Shown here: one piece after another, positions 1 through 8,854 of the stretch
Layout of the letters: each line of letters opens with the position of its first letter
Numbering within the stretch: position 1 is the first letter of the stretch
NCBI GenBank assembly: GCA_012718975.1
Contig: JAAYBF010000185.1
Span: 66-64,065, forward strand
Direction: 5' to 3'
Source: Solirubrobacterales bacterium
Lineage (GTDB): Bacteria; Actinomycetota; Thermoleophilia; Solirubrobacterales; Thermoleophilaceae
Length of the DNA: 64,000 nucleotides
The notes under the pieces: generated by a model
Database searches by the model: none
Told to the model about the DNA's origin: nothing
What the model saw: only the letters and a program-made list of their open reading frames with translations
Program-made: the position numbers and the translations under genes

Positions 1-220
1 TCGCGCGCAGGCGAAGCGCGGAGCTACTCCCGAAGACCCCTCACACGGACAGCCGGCACCACGCCGATCGGGAGAGCGCTAAGCGAAGCCGAGCACGAAG
101 GCTCGTCACCGGAGACAGGACCCGCGGGCAGCCCGGCAGGACCCGCGGGGAAAGCGGCACGACCCCAAAGCCGTCCCGCCCCCCACACGCCTACGCGAGT
201 TGACAAGGACCCGCGGTTTC

Positions 221-234
221 TGCAATCGTTTGTA
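221..234 (+). promoter_or_regulatory. LacI/GalR-type operator-like box TGCAATCGTTTGTA (site 1 of 4), ending 3 nt before the transketolase-N ATG
   Basis: Near-palindromic 14-mer. It matches 11/12 of the core GCAATCGTTTGC that occurs in the same gene-relative orientation upstream of three other units (11694-11707, 20365-20378, 23133-23146). A TTGACA box lies at 200-205. Confidence 0.55.
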
Positions 235-237
235 GCA

Positions 238-1080
238 ATGTCTCCCGGAGAAACCTCAACACTGCCCGAGGCGCCCAGCTCAGCCGAGCTGGCGGCGCTC
301 GCCGTCCAGATCAAGCTCGAGTCCCTCGCGATGGTGTCGATCCAGGGATTCGGCTATCTCGGCCAGGCGCTGTCGGCCGGGGAGACCTTCGCGGTGCTGT
401 TCGGCGAGGAGATCGACCACGAGACGGACCGGTTCGTGCTCTCCCCGGGCCACTACGCGGTCGTCTACTACGCGGCGGCGGCGGCGGTCGGCCTGCTCGA
501 CCGCCACCAGCTCGCCGGCTACGGCCGTGACGGCGCGCTGCTGGAGGCGATCAGCACCGAGCGCACCCCGGGCGTCGACCTGACCTGCGGCTCGCTCGGC
601 CAGGGCCTCTCCGGCGCGGTCGGCTACGCGCTCGCGGCGCGGCTGGCCGGTGGCGGCCGCCGCACGTTCGCGTTCCTCAGCGACGGCGAGATGGAGGAGG
701 GCCAGGTCTGGGAGGCGGCGATGTTCGCCGCCCACCACGGCCTCGGCGACCTCGTCGTCGCGCTCGACGCGAACGGCTCGCAGGTCGACGGGCCGATCAC
801 CGACGTCACGACGATCGAGCCGATCGCGGAGAAGTGGGCGGCGTTCGGCTGGCACGTCGAGGAGGTCGACGGCCACGACATCGGCGCGCTGCGGCGCGCC
901 TTCGCAGCGTGCCGCGCCGACGACCGCCCGTCGGTCGTGGTCGCGCGCACCGACATCCTCGGCCGCCTGCGCTCGATCCCCGACACCGCGGACGGGCACT
1001 TCCTCAAGCTCGACGTCGAGCTCGAGGCGGCGATCCGGGCCGAGCTGGAAGGGATCGGGAGGACCGCGAGCCATGCTTGA
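238..1080 (+). CDS. Transketolase, N-terminal (TPP-binding) subunit of a split transketolase
   Basis: 280-aa ORF with GFGYLGQALSAGE, SPGHYAVVYYAA and LSDGEMEEGQVWEA...ALDANG (TPP/metal-binding loop), typical of two-subunit transketolases. It overlaps the next gene by 8 nt. Confidence 0.9.
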   Translation: MSPGETSTLPEAPSSAELAALAVQIKLESLAMVSIQGFGYLGQALSAGETFAVLFGEEIDHETDRFVLSPGHYAVVYYAAAAAVGLLDRHQLAGYGRDGALLEAISTERTPGVDLTCGSLGQGLSGAVGYALAARLAGGGRRTFAFLSDGEMEEGQVWEAAMFAAHHGLGDLVVALDANGSQVDGPITDVTTIEPIAEKWAAFGWHVEEVDGHDIGALRRAFAACRADDRPSVVVARTDILGRLRSIPDTADGHFLKLDVELEAAIRAELEGIGRTASHA

Positions 1081-2074
1081 ACCGCCCTACGACATCGTCC
1101 TCAAGCCGTACGGGCAGGCGCTCGTCGATCTCGCGCAGGAGCGCGAGGACGTCGTCTGCCTCGGCGCGGACCTCACCCGCCAGACCGAGACCGACCTCTT
1201 CCGCGACACGATCCCGGAGCGGTTCTTCAACGTCGGGATGGCGGAGGCGAACGCGATCGGGATCGCCGGCGGCCTGGCGCGCGCCGGCCACACGGTCTTC
1301 TTCAACACCTTCGGGGTCTTCGCGACCCGGCGCTGCCTGGACCAGATCGCGATGGCGGTCGCCTACCCGGCGCTGAACGTGAAGGTGATCGGCTTCATGC
1401 CGGGCCTGTCGAGCCCGGGCGGGCCGAGCCACCAGGCGATCGAGGACGTCGCGCTGATGCGCGCGCTGCCGAGCATGACGGTCGTCGACGTCGCCGACGC
1501 GACCGAGACCCGCCAGGCCGTCAGGGCGATCGCCGAGATCGACGGACCGGTCTACATGCGCCTCAAGCGCGGCGAGATCCCGGTGATCTTCGATGACGAC
1601 CACGAGCTGTCGCTCGACCGCGCGCAGGTGCTGGTCGAGGGCGCGGAGCTGACGATCGTCGCCTCCGGGATGCTGCTGGCGGCGGCGCTGTCGGCGGCCC
1701 GCCTGCTGGGCGAGCACGGCGTCGACGCCGGCGTGGTCAACGTGCCGGTGATCAAGCCGTTGGACGCAGCGACGGTGGTCGGCGCGTGCGCCGGCACGCG
1801 CGCGGTCGTGACCGCGGAGAACCACTCGGTGGTCGGCGGGCTGGGCTCGGCGGTCGCCGAGGCGCTCGCCGAGGCGGGCGCCGGCGTCCCGCTGCGCCGC
1901 GTCGGGATCGAGGACCGCTTCGCGGAGTCCGGCAGCCGGCCCTACCTCTTCAGCCGCTACGGGCTGTCGGTCCAGCGGATCGTCGAGCGGGCCTGGGAGG
2001 CCCTCGGCCGCGACGACTCCCCGCCGGCCGCCGCCGACGTCGTCGCCGACGAGGGCACCTACGCGCCGGTCTAG
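1073..2074 (+). CDS. Transketolase, C-terminal (pyrimidine-binding/C-terminal domain) subunit
   Basis: In-frame ATG at 1073 with GGGAGGA about 9 nt upstream. The product starts MLEPPYDIVLKPYGQALVDLA and contains FFNVGMAEANAIGIAGGLA. The track ORF 650..2074 is an upstream over-extension of this frame. Confidence 0.9.
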   Translation: MLEPPYDIVLKPYGQALVDLAQEREDVVCLGADLTRQTETDLFRDTIPERFFNVGMAEANAIGIAGGLARAGHTVFFNTFGVFATRRCLDQIAMAVAYPALNVKVIGFMPGLSSPGGPSHQAIEDVALMRALPSMTVVDVADATETRQAVRAIAEIDGPVYMRLKRGEIPVIFDDDHELSLDRAQVLVEGAELTIVASGMLLAAALSAARLLGEHGVDAGVVNVPVIKPLDAATVVGACAGTRAVVTAENHSVVGGLGSAVAEALAEAGAGVPLRRVGIEDRFAESGSRPYLFSRYGLSVQRIVERAWEALGRDDSPPAAADVVADEGTYAPV

Positions 2075-2107
2075 CCAACGCTTCACCACCACCAGGGAGA
2101 GAACCAG

Positions 2108-3493
2108 ATGAGCACCTATACCCCGAGCACGCCGATCGCCTCCCCCGGGGCGGTCATGGGCGTGGACTGGGAGAGCCGCGTCGACTTCCAGCGCCTGCGC
2201 GAGTACCGCCTGGCGCGCACGAAGGAGATGCTGGAGCAGTCGGAGTGCGGCGCGCTGCTGCTCTTCGACATGAACAACATCCGCTACACGACGGCGGCGC
2301 ACATCGGCAACTGGGCGCGCGACAAGTTCTTCCGCCGGGTGCTGATCACACGCGACGAGGATCCGATCCTCTGGGACATCGGCTCCGCGGCCCGCCAGCA
2401 CCAGATGCACAACCCGTGGCTGCCGGAGGAGAGCTGGCGGCCGGGGCTGTCGAGCTGGCGCGGCTCGATCGACGAGAACGTCGGCGTCGAGGTCGCCAAC
2501 GCGAAGAAGATCGCCGACCTGCTGCGCGAGCGCGGGCTGGAGAACGAGCCGGTCGGCATCGACGTCGGCGAGATCCCGACGATCAAGGCGCTCGAGGCCG
2601 AGGGCCTGACCGTCGTCGACGGCCAGACGACGATGCAGCGGGCGCGGATGATCAAGTCGCCCGACGAGGTCGTGCTGCTCGAGACGGCGGCCGCGATGGT
2701 CGACGCCGCCTACGACGAGCTGTACCGGGCGATGCGCCCGGGCGTGCGCGAGAACGACATCGTGGCGCTGGTCAGCAAGCTGCTGATCGAGCTGGGCTCG
2801 GAGGAGATCGAGGCGATCAACGCGATCTCCGGCGAGCGCTGCAGCCCGCACCCGCACGTCTTCTCGGACCGCATCCTGCGCCCGGGCGACATGGCCTACT
2901 ACGACATCATCCACTCGTTCATGGGCTACCGGACGTGCTACTACCGCACGCTCAACGTGGGTGGCTCGACCGAGTCCCAGCGCGACGCCTACCACCGCGC
3001 GCGCTACTACCTCGACGCGGCGATCGCCGAGATCAAGCCGGGCGCGACCTCGGCCGACGTGGTCGCGAAGTTCCCGAAGGCCGAGGAGTTCGGCTTCGGC
3101 TCCGAGGAGGAGGCGTTCGGCCTCCAGTACGTGCACGGCATCGGCCTCGGCAACTGGGAGCGTCCGCTGATGAGCCGCTACCACTCGCTCGAGCATCCGA
3201 TCGAGATCGAGGAGGGGATGGTCTTCGCGATCGAGACCTACTGGCCCGCCTCCGACGGCGTCTCGGCCGCCCGGATCGAGGAGGAGATCCACGTGACCGC
3301 CGACGGTCCGCGGATCCTCACCCGGTTCCCGGCCGACGAGCTGCTGGTCACCGGCACGCGCTACTGGAACGGCCACTCCTTCGCGGACGGCGCCAACCAC
3401 CTGCGCGAGCCCGACGCCCCGACCACCCCGGCGGTCCTGCCGGCCAGCAACGGGCAGGCGCCCGTCCTGCCGACGGCCGACCGCCCGCGCTGA
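2108..3493 (+). CDS. M24-family pita-bread hydrolase (creatinase/prolidase/DddP-like), paralogue 1
   Basis: 461 aa with an N-terminal creatinase-like region (LLLFDMNNIRYTT) and a C-terminal M24 core (GDMAYYDIIHSFMGYRTCYYRT, VHGIGLG, FAIETY, RIEEEIHVT). RBS GGGAGAG precedes the ATG. It is clearly paralogous to 5531..6868. Confidence 0.85.
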   Translation: MSTYTPSTPIASPGAVMGVDWESRVDFQRLREYRLARTKEMLEQSECGALLLFDMNNIRYTTAAHIGNWARDKFFRRVLITRDEDPILWDIGSAARQHQMHNPWLPEESWRPGLSSWRGSIDENVGVEVANAKKIADLLRERGLENEPVGIDVGEIPTIKALEAEGLTVVDGQTTMQRARMIKSPDEVVLLETAAAMVDAAYDELYRAMRPGVRENDIVALVSKLLIELGSEEIEAINAISGERCSPHPHVFSDRILRPGDMAYYDIIHSFMGYRTCYYRTLNVGGSTESQRDAYHRARYYLDAAIAEIKPGATSADVVAKFPKAEEFGFGSEEEAFGLQYVHGIGLGNWERPLMSRYHSLEHPIEIEEGMVFAIETYWPASDGVSAARIEEEIHVTADGPRILTRFPADELLVTGTRYWNGHSFADGANHLREPDAPTTPAVLPASNGQAPVLPTADRPR

Positions 3494-3498
3494 TCGCG

Positions 3499-4008
3499 AT
3501 GGCCGCGACCGCCCCGGGCCCGCTCGACGAGGCCGACTTCCGGGAGGTCATGGCCGCCGTGTGCACGCCTGTCACCGTCGTCACGACGCTCGACGGTGAC
3601 AGGCCGCACGGCACGACGGTGAGCGCGTTCGGCTCGCTGTCGCTGCGCCCGCCGATGGTCACGGTCGCGCTCGACCGCGACTCCGACCTGCTGGCGCTGG
3701 TGCGCAGGACGCGCCGGATCGGCGTCAACGTGCTCTCCCACGGCCAGGAGGAGCTGGCGCTGGCGTTCGCGCGCAAGGGCGGGGACAAGTTCGACGGCGT
3801 CGCGTGGGGGGTCGACCACGACCTCCCACGCATCGACGGCGTCGGCGGCTGGCTGGCCTGCGACGTCGCCGAGATCGTGCCCGGCGGCGACCATTCGATC
3901 GTCCTCGGCGGCGTCGTCGCCGCGCACGCCCAGAGCGAGCCGCCGCTGGTCTACCAGCGGCGCCTGTTCGGCACCCACTCGGCGTTCCTGGTCGCTCCCG
4001 GCGAGTAG
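3499..4008 (+). CDS. Flavin reductase-like domain protein (NAD(P)H:flavin oxidoreductase component)
   Basis: The ATG at 3499 is in frame with track ORF 1786..4008. The sequence FREVMAAVCTPVTVVTT...GTTVSAFGSLSLRPPMVTVAL...IVLGGVV is typical of the HpaC/NtaB-type flavin reductase fold. Confidence 0.85.
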   Translation: MAATAPGPLDEADFREVMAAVCTPVTVVTTLDGDRPHGTTVSAFGSLSLRPPMVTVALDRDSDLLALVRRTRRIGVNVLSHGQEELALAFARKGGDKFDGVAWGVDHDLPRIDGVGGWLACDVAEIVPGGDHSIVLGGVVAAHAQSEPPLVYQRRLFGTHSAFLVAPGE

Positions 4009-4087
4009 CGGCGGCCGGAGGGCGGCGGGAGCGACCGCCCGCCCCCGCCGCCACGCCGCGCCCCAGGAGAAGTCGGGCGCGGCGCTC

Positions 4088-4110
4088 CGCGATCCCGCTA
4101 GGGGATCGCG
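4088..4110. terminator. Hairpin CGCGATCCC-gctag-GGGATCGCG between convergent operons (overlaps the stop of the ALDH gene)
   Basis: Perfect 9-bp inverted repeat with a 5-nt loop, read directly. It has no T-tract, so terminator function is inferred only from its position. Confidence 0.35.
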
Positions 4111-5534
4111 AAGTACTTGGACTCGGTGTAGTCGAGCAGGCCCTCGTGGCCGCCCTCGCGACCGAGCCCGCTCTGCTTGACGCCGCCGAACGGGGCGGCC
4201 GGGTCCGACACCAGACCGCGGTTGACGGCGATCATGCCGGCCTCGAGCCGCTCGCCGACGCGCAGCGCGCGGTCGAGGTCGCGCGAGTAGACGTAGCTGA
4301 CCAGGCCGTACTCGGTGTCGTTGGCGGCGGCGATCGCCTCGTCCTCGGAGTCGAAGGCGACGACCGGCGCCACGGGTCCGAAGATCTCCTCGCCGAGCAG
4401 CCGCGCGCCGGCGGGGACGCCGGCGAGCACCGTCGGGGCGTAGAAGTGGCCGGCGCGGTCGAGCGCCGCGCCGCCGCAGAGCACGCGCGCGCCGCGGCCG
4501 GTGGCGTCGTCGACGAGCTCGCCGACCGACTCGACGGCCGCCGCGTTGACGAGCGGCCCGACGGCCGCGCCGTCGAGGCCGGGGCCGACGTCGAGGGCGC
4601 CCATCCGCGCGGCGAGCCGCTCGGCGAACTCCTCGGCGACCGGCGCCTCGACGTAGAAGCGGTTGGCGGCGGTGCAGGCCTCGCCGATGTTGCGCATCTT
4701 GGCGACCATCGCCCCGTCGACGGCGGCGTCGAGGTCGGCGTCGGCGAAGACGAGGAACGGCGCGTTGCCGCCCAGCTCCATCGACGTGTTGACGACGCGG
4801 TCGGCGGCGGCGCGCAGCAGCAGGCGGCCGATCTCGGTGGAACCGGTGAACGACAGCTTGCGCACCGCGTCGTGGCCGAGCAGCGCGGCGGCGACGTCGC
4901 CGGAGCGGCGGCTCGGGACGACGTTGACGACACCGTCGGGAACGCCGGCCTCGGCGAGGACGTCGGCGACCAGCAGCGCGGTCAGCGGCGTCTCGGACGC
5001 CGGCTTGAGCACGACCGTGCAGCCGGCGGCGAGGGCCGGGCCGATCTTGCGCGTCGCCATCGCCGCGGGGAAGTTCCACGGCGTGATCAGCAGGCAGACC
5101 CCGACCGGCTGGTGGACGACCAGCATCCGGTTGGCGCCGCTCGGCGCGGTGCCGAAGCTGCCGAGGTTGCGGACCGCCTCCTCGGCGTACCAGCGGAAGA
5201 ACTCGGCGGCGTAGGCGGTCTCGCCCTCGGCGTCGGCGCGCGGCTTGCCGTTCTCGCGCACGATCAGCTCGGCGATCTCGCCGGCGCGGGCGGTCATCGT
5301 CTCGAAGGCCGCGCGCAGGATCTCCGACCGCTCGCGCGGGGCGCGGCCCGCCCAGTCGGCGGCGGCGGCCGCGGCCGCGTCGGCGGCGGCGAGCGCGTCC
5401 TGCACGGTGCCGTTGGCGACCTCGGCGATCGTCTCCTCGCTGGCGGGGTCGGCGACCGCGAAGCTGCCGCCGTCGGAGGCGTCGACGGTCCGCCCGCCGA
5501 TCCGCAGCCCGCCGGCGGGCACGGCGGCGCTCAC
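4098..5534 (-). CDS. NAD(P)-dependent aldehyde dehydrogenase, succinate-semialdehyde dehydrogenase (GabD)-like
   Basis: GTG at 5534 overlaps the upstream stop (GTGA). ALDH motifs are present: ITPWNFP, FTGSTEIG, MELGGNAP, GEACTAANRFYV and EEIFGPV. The track ORF 4098..6692 over-extends into the upstream gene. Confidence 0.88.
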   Translation of the reverse strand: MSAAVPAGGLRIGGRTVDASDGGSFAVADPASEETIAEVANGTVQDALAAADAAAAAAADWAGRAPRERSEILRAAFETMTARAGEIAELIVRENGKPRADAEGETAYAAEFFRWYAEEAVRNLGSFGTAPSGANRMLVVHQPVGVCLLITPWNFPAAMATRKIGPALAAGCTVVLKPASETPLTALLVADVLAEAGVPDGVVNVVPSRRSGDVAAALLGHDAVRKLSFTGSTEIGRLLLRAAADRVVNTSMELGGNAPFLVFADADLDAAVDGAMVAKMRNIGEACTAANRFYVEAPVAEEFAERLAARMGALDVGPGLDGAAVGPLVNAAAVESVGELVDDATGRGARVLCGGAALDRAGHFYAPTVLAGVPAGARLLGEEIFGPVAPVVAFDSEDEAIAAANDTEYGLVSYVYSRDLDRALRVGERLEAGMIAVNRGLVSDPAAPFGGVKQSGLGREGGHEGLLDYTESKYFAIP

Positions 5535-6868
5535 CGGACCACCCCGTCGGGCGCGATCGGCGCGCCGTCGTCGCCGCGCGGGCTGTTGCGGTGCGACTCG
5601 ATCTCGCGGGTGGTGTCCATCGGCCCGTCGGCGGTCAGGAAGTGGCGCGAGCCGGCGACCATCAGGTCCTCGGCGGGGAAGCGCGAGATCACCTCGCAGC
5701 CGTCGGCGGTCACGACCAGCTCCTCCTCGATGCGGGCGGCCTGCCAGCCGTCCGACGCGGGCCAGAACGTCTCCAGGGCGAAGACCATCCCCTCCTCGAT
5801 CGGCTCGGGATTGTCGAGCGACACCAGCCGCGAGATGATCGGCTTCTCCCAGATCGAGAGGCCGAGCCCGTGGCCGAACTGCAGCGCGAAGGCGGCCTCC
5901 TCGTTGGGGAAGCCGAACTCCTCGGCGCGCGGCCAGACCGACACGACGTCGGCGGTGCTGACGCCGGGCTTGATCAGGTCGATCGCGGCGTCGAGGTAGT
6001 AGCGGCAGCGCTTGTAGGCGTCGACGAGGCCGCGCGAGGCGCTGCCGATCGCGAATGTGCGGTAGTAGCAGGTGCGGTAGCCGAGGTAGGAGTGCAGGAT
6101 GTCGAAGTAGGCCGGGTCGCCGGGCCGCAGCGCGCGGTCGGTGAAGACGTGCGGGTGCGGGTTGGCGCGCTCGCCGGAGATCGCGTTGACGCCCTCGACG
6201 TGCTCGGAGCCCATGTCGTAGAGCGACTTGGAGACCAGCCCGACGCACTCGTTCTCGCGCATGCCGGGGCGCAGCGCGCGGTAGAGGTCGTCGTAGGCGG
6301 CGTCGACCATCATCGCGGCGGTGTCGAGCAGCGTGATCTCGTCGCGCGTCTTGATCACGCGCGCGTCCTGCATCAGCTGCTGGCCGTCGGCGACCTCGAG
6401 GCCGGCCCGCTGGAGGGCGAACATCACGCTCGGCTCGACGACGTCGACGCCGACCGGGCTGTCGAGCAGGCCCTGCTCGGCGAGCACCGCGTGGACCTTG
6501 GCGGCGACGTCCTCGGCGCGTCCGGCCGACGGCGGCATCGCGCCGCGCATCGTCGAGATGCCGGCCGGGCTGCGGCCGTCCAGCCACGGGCAGTGGAGGT
6601 CGTGGTGGCGGGCCGCCGAGCCGAAGTCCCAGACGATCGGCTCGCCGCCGCGCGGCAGCAGGCAGAAGCGCGCGAGCTTGTCGATCGCCCACGTCCCGAT
6701 GTGGGTCGCGGTGATGTAGCGGATGTTGTTCATGTCGAAGCAGAGCAGGGCGCCCATGTCGGACGCCTCCAGCATCTGCCGCGCGCGGGCGAGCCGCTCG
6801 GCGCGGAGCCGCTCCATGTCGGCGCGCTGCTCCCAGTCGACGGCCTGCAGGCCGTAGGTGGCGCTCAT
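5531..6868 (-). CDS. M24-family pita-bread hydrolase, paralogue 2
   Basis: 445 aa, collinear with 2108..3493: LLCFDMNNIRYIT, PGDPAYFDILHSYLGYRTCYYRT, GHGLGLS, FALETF, RIEEELVVT. Confidence 0.85.
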   Translation of the reverse strand: MSATYGLQAVDWEQRADMERLRAERLARARQMLEASDMGALLCFDMNNIRYITATHIGTWAIDKLARFCLLPRGGEPIVWDFGSAARHHDLHCPWLDGRSPAGISTMRGAMPPSAGRAEDVAAKVHAVLAEQGLLDSPVGVDVVEPSVMFALQRAGLEVADGQQLMQDARVIKTRDEITLLDTAAMMVDAAYDDLYRALRPGMRENECVGLVSKSLYDMGSEHVEGVNAISGERANPHPHVFTDRALRPGDPAYFDILHSYLGYRTCYYRTFAIGSASRGLVDAYKRCRYYLDAAIDLIKPGVSTADVVSVWPRAEEFGFPNEEAAFALQFGHGLGLSIWEKPIISRLVSLDNPEPIEEGMVFALETFWPASDGWQAARIEEELVVTADGCEVISRFPAEDLMVAGSRHFLTADGPMDTTREIESHRNSPRGDDGAPIAPDGVVR

Positions 6869-6887
6869 CGTGCTCCTTCCGGTCCAG

Positions 6888-7868
6888 TCACGCGCGCGCG
6901 GGGGCCTTTACCCGCGCGCGGATCTCGTCAGCGAGGCGCTCGGCGCTCGGCAGGAAGTCGTCCTCGAGCGTCGGGCTGTAGGGAATCGGCAGCTCGCCGC
7001 TGGCGATCACCCAGCTGTCGTCGATGTCCTCGAGGCCGCGCTCGGCGACGGCGCCGAGCAGGCCGCGCGCCCAGCCGCCGAGCTCGGGCCCCTCGTCGTA
7101 CATCACGACGCGGTTGGTCTTGGCGACCGACTCGAGCACCGTCCGCTCGTCGATGGGGCGGAGCGTGCGCAGGTCGATCACCTCGGCCTCGATCCCGTCG
7201 CCGGCGAGCGTCTCGGCGGCGGCGAGCGCGTCGTGGACGCCGCGCATCGCGGCGACGATCGTGATGTCGGAGCCCTCGCGGACGACGTTGGCCTCGCCGA
7301 TCGGCACGGTGCCGTCGCCCTCGGGGCCCGAGATCGAGTAGAGCCGCTTGTGCTCGAGCACGACAACCGGGTTGTCATCCCGGATCGCGGACTTCAGCAG
7401 GCCCTTGGCGTCGGCCGGGGTCGACGGCGCGACGATCTTGATGCCGGGCACGCCGAGCAGCCACGGCGTCGGGGTCTGGGAGTGGATCGCGCCGAAGCGG
7501 CCGCCGGCGCCGACCGCGCAGCGCACGGTCAGCGGCACCGGGGCCTGCTCGTTCGAGATGTACCAGAACTTCGCCGCCTGGTTGACGAGGCTGTCCATGG
7601 CGAGGATCAGGAAGTCGCCGAACATCACCTCGAAGACGGGCCGCTTGCCGACGACGGCGCTGCCGAACGCGGCGCCGGCGAGCGCCAGCTCGGAGATCGG
7701 GGTGTCGAAGACCCGGCCGGGGCCGAAGCGCTCGTAGAGGCCGGGGGTGACGGCGAACACCCCGCCGGCGGCGGCCACGTCCTCGCCGAAGAACAGGACG
7801 CGCTCGTCGCGCTCCAGCTCCTCCTCGAGCGCGGCGCAGATCGCCTTGCGGAAGGTCGTGTCGCTCAT
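6888..7868 (-). CDS. 2-oxoacid (pyruvate/acetoin-type) dehydrogenase E1 component, beta subunit
   Basis: The product starts MSDTTFRKAICAALEEELERDERVLFFGEDV and contains FDTPISELALAGAAFG and IKIVAPSTPADAKGLL. The ATG at 7868 overlaps the E1-alpha stop (ATGA). Confidence 0.9.
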   Translation of the reverse strand: MSDTTFRKAICAALEEELERDERVLFFGEDVAAAGGVFAVTPGLYERFGPGRVFDTPISELALAGAAFGSAVVGKRPVFEVMFGDFLILAMDSLVNQAAKFWYISNEQAPVPLTVRCAVGAGGRFGAIHSQTPTPWLLGVPGIKIVAPSTPADAKGLLKSAIRDDNPVVVLEHKRLYSISGPEGDGTVPIGEANVVREGSDITIVAAMRGVHDALAAAETLAGDGIEAEVIDLRTLRPIDERTVLESVAKTNRVVMYDEGPELGGWARGLLGAVAERGLEDIDDSWVIASGELPIPYSPTLEDDFLPSAERLADEIRARVKAPARA

Positions 7869-8854
7869 GGCGCGTACTCCGTGGCACGGTCGACGGCAGG
7901 GTCGGGGAACGGCGCCGCCAGCGCCCGCTCGACGGCTGCGGTCAGCTCGCCGCCGACCTCGGCGTCGATCGCGTCGGCGCGCTCGTCGTCGGCGAGCGTC
8001 GCGCGCAGCTGGTCGATCGGGTCGCGCGCCAGCCACGCCTCGACCTCCTCCGGCGGCCGGTAGCGACCGGCGTCGGACTTCGAGTGGCCGAGGTGGCGGT
8101 AGGTGAGCGCCTCGATGAACTGCGGTCCCTCCCCCGCCCGCATCCGCGCGACGGCGGCCCGCGCGGCGGCGGCGACGACCTCCCAGCGGTTGCCGTCGAC
8201 GCGCGCGGCGGGAATGTCGAAGACGCGCGCGCGGCCGGCGATGTCGGCGCCGGCGGTCGACTGCGCGAGCGGCGTGAACTCGCCGTAGAGGTTGTTCTCG
8301 CAGACGAACAGGACCGGCAGCTCGAGCACCTTGGCGAAGTTCAGGCACTCGTGGAAGTAGGCCTGGTTGGTGGCGCCGTCGCCGAAGAAGGCGACGGCCA
8401 CGCGGTCGCCGCCGCGGCAGCCGAGCGCGGCCCCGGTGGCGGCGGCGATGCTCCCGCCGACGATCCCGAAGCAGCCGACCAGGCCGTGGTCGAGGTCGAC
8501 GATGTTCATCGAGCCGGCGCGGCCGCCGCAGGTGCCGGTGCGCCGGCCGAGCAGCTCGGCGGCGAGCGCCTCGGGGTCGCTGCCCTGCGCGAGCGCGGCG
8601 CCGTGGCCGCGGTAGGTCGCGGCGACCCAGTCGCCGGCCTCGAGCGCGGAGCAGACGCCGGCCGAGACGGCCTCCTGGCCGATGTAGAGGTGGACGGTGC
8701 CGTGGATCTCGCCGCGCAGGAACAGCCGCTGCATCTCCTCCTCGAAGCGGCGCAGCAGCAGCATCGTGCGCAGGCCGCCGGCGAGCTCGTCGGCGGTCGG
8801 CTGCCAGTCGCCGGCGACGGCGTCGACGGTGGTCGCGGTCTCGACCGCGCTCAT
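7865..8854 (-). CDS. 2-oxoacid dehydrogenase E1 component, alpha subunit (TPP-binding)
   Basis: Contains LLLRRFEEEMQRLFLRGEIHGTVHLYIGQEA and the TPP motif FFGDGATNQ...CENNLYG. The ATG at 8854 overlaps the upstream stop. Confidence 0.9.
   Translation of the reverse strand: MSAVETATTVDAVAGDWQPTADELAGGLRTMLLLRRFEEEMQRLFLRGEIHGTVHLYIGQEAVSAGVCSALEAGDWVAATYRGHGAALAQGSDPEALAAELLGRRTGTCGGRAGSMNIVDLDHGLVGCFGIVGGSIAAATGAALGCRGGDRVAVAFFGDGATNQAYFHECLNFAKVLELPVLFVCENNLYGEFTPLAQSTAGADIAGRARVFDIPAARVDGNRWEVVAAAARAAVARMRAGEGPQFIEALTYRHLGHSKSDAGRYRPPEEVEAWLARDPIDQLRATLADDERADAIDAEVGGELTAAVERALAAPFPDPAVDRATEYAP

Noticed and set aside
24-314. A 96-aa minus-strand ORF across the promoter region at the left edge.
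   Set aside because: It spans the repeat/operator/promoter region and the 5' end of the transketolase gene, it has no RBS, and its composition is unremarkable. It is probably non-coding.
1004-3400. Very long alternative-frame or antisense ORFs in the track. Examples are 1004..3400(-), 3361..5079(-), 3804..5999(+), 14470..16905(+), 23171..25627(-), 28771..31215(+), 35765..38620(+) upstream part, 38176..40533(-) and 43799..45946(+).
   Set aside because: Their translations are dominated by Arg, Ala, Gly, Pro and Asp runs typical of off-frame reading of GC-rich DNA. They overlap ORFs with clear family motifs and proper RBS or overlap coupling. I treat them as stop-codon-poor artefacts.
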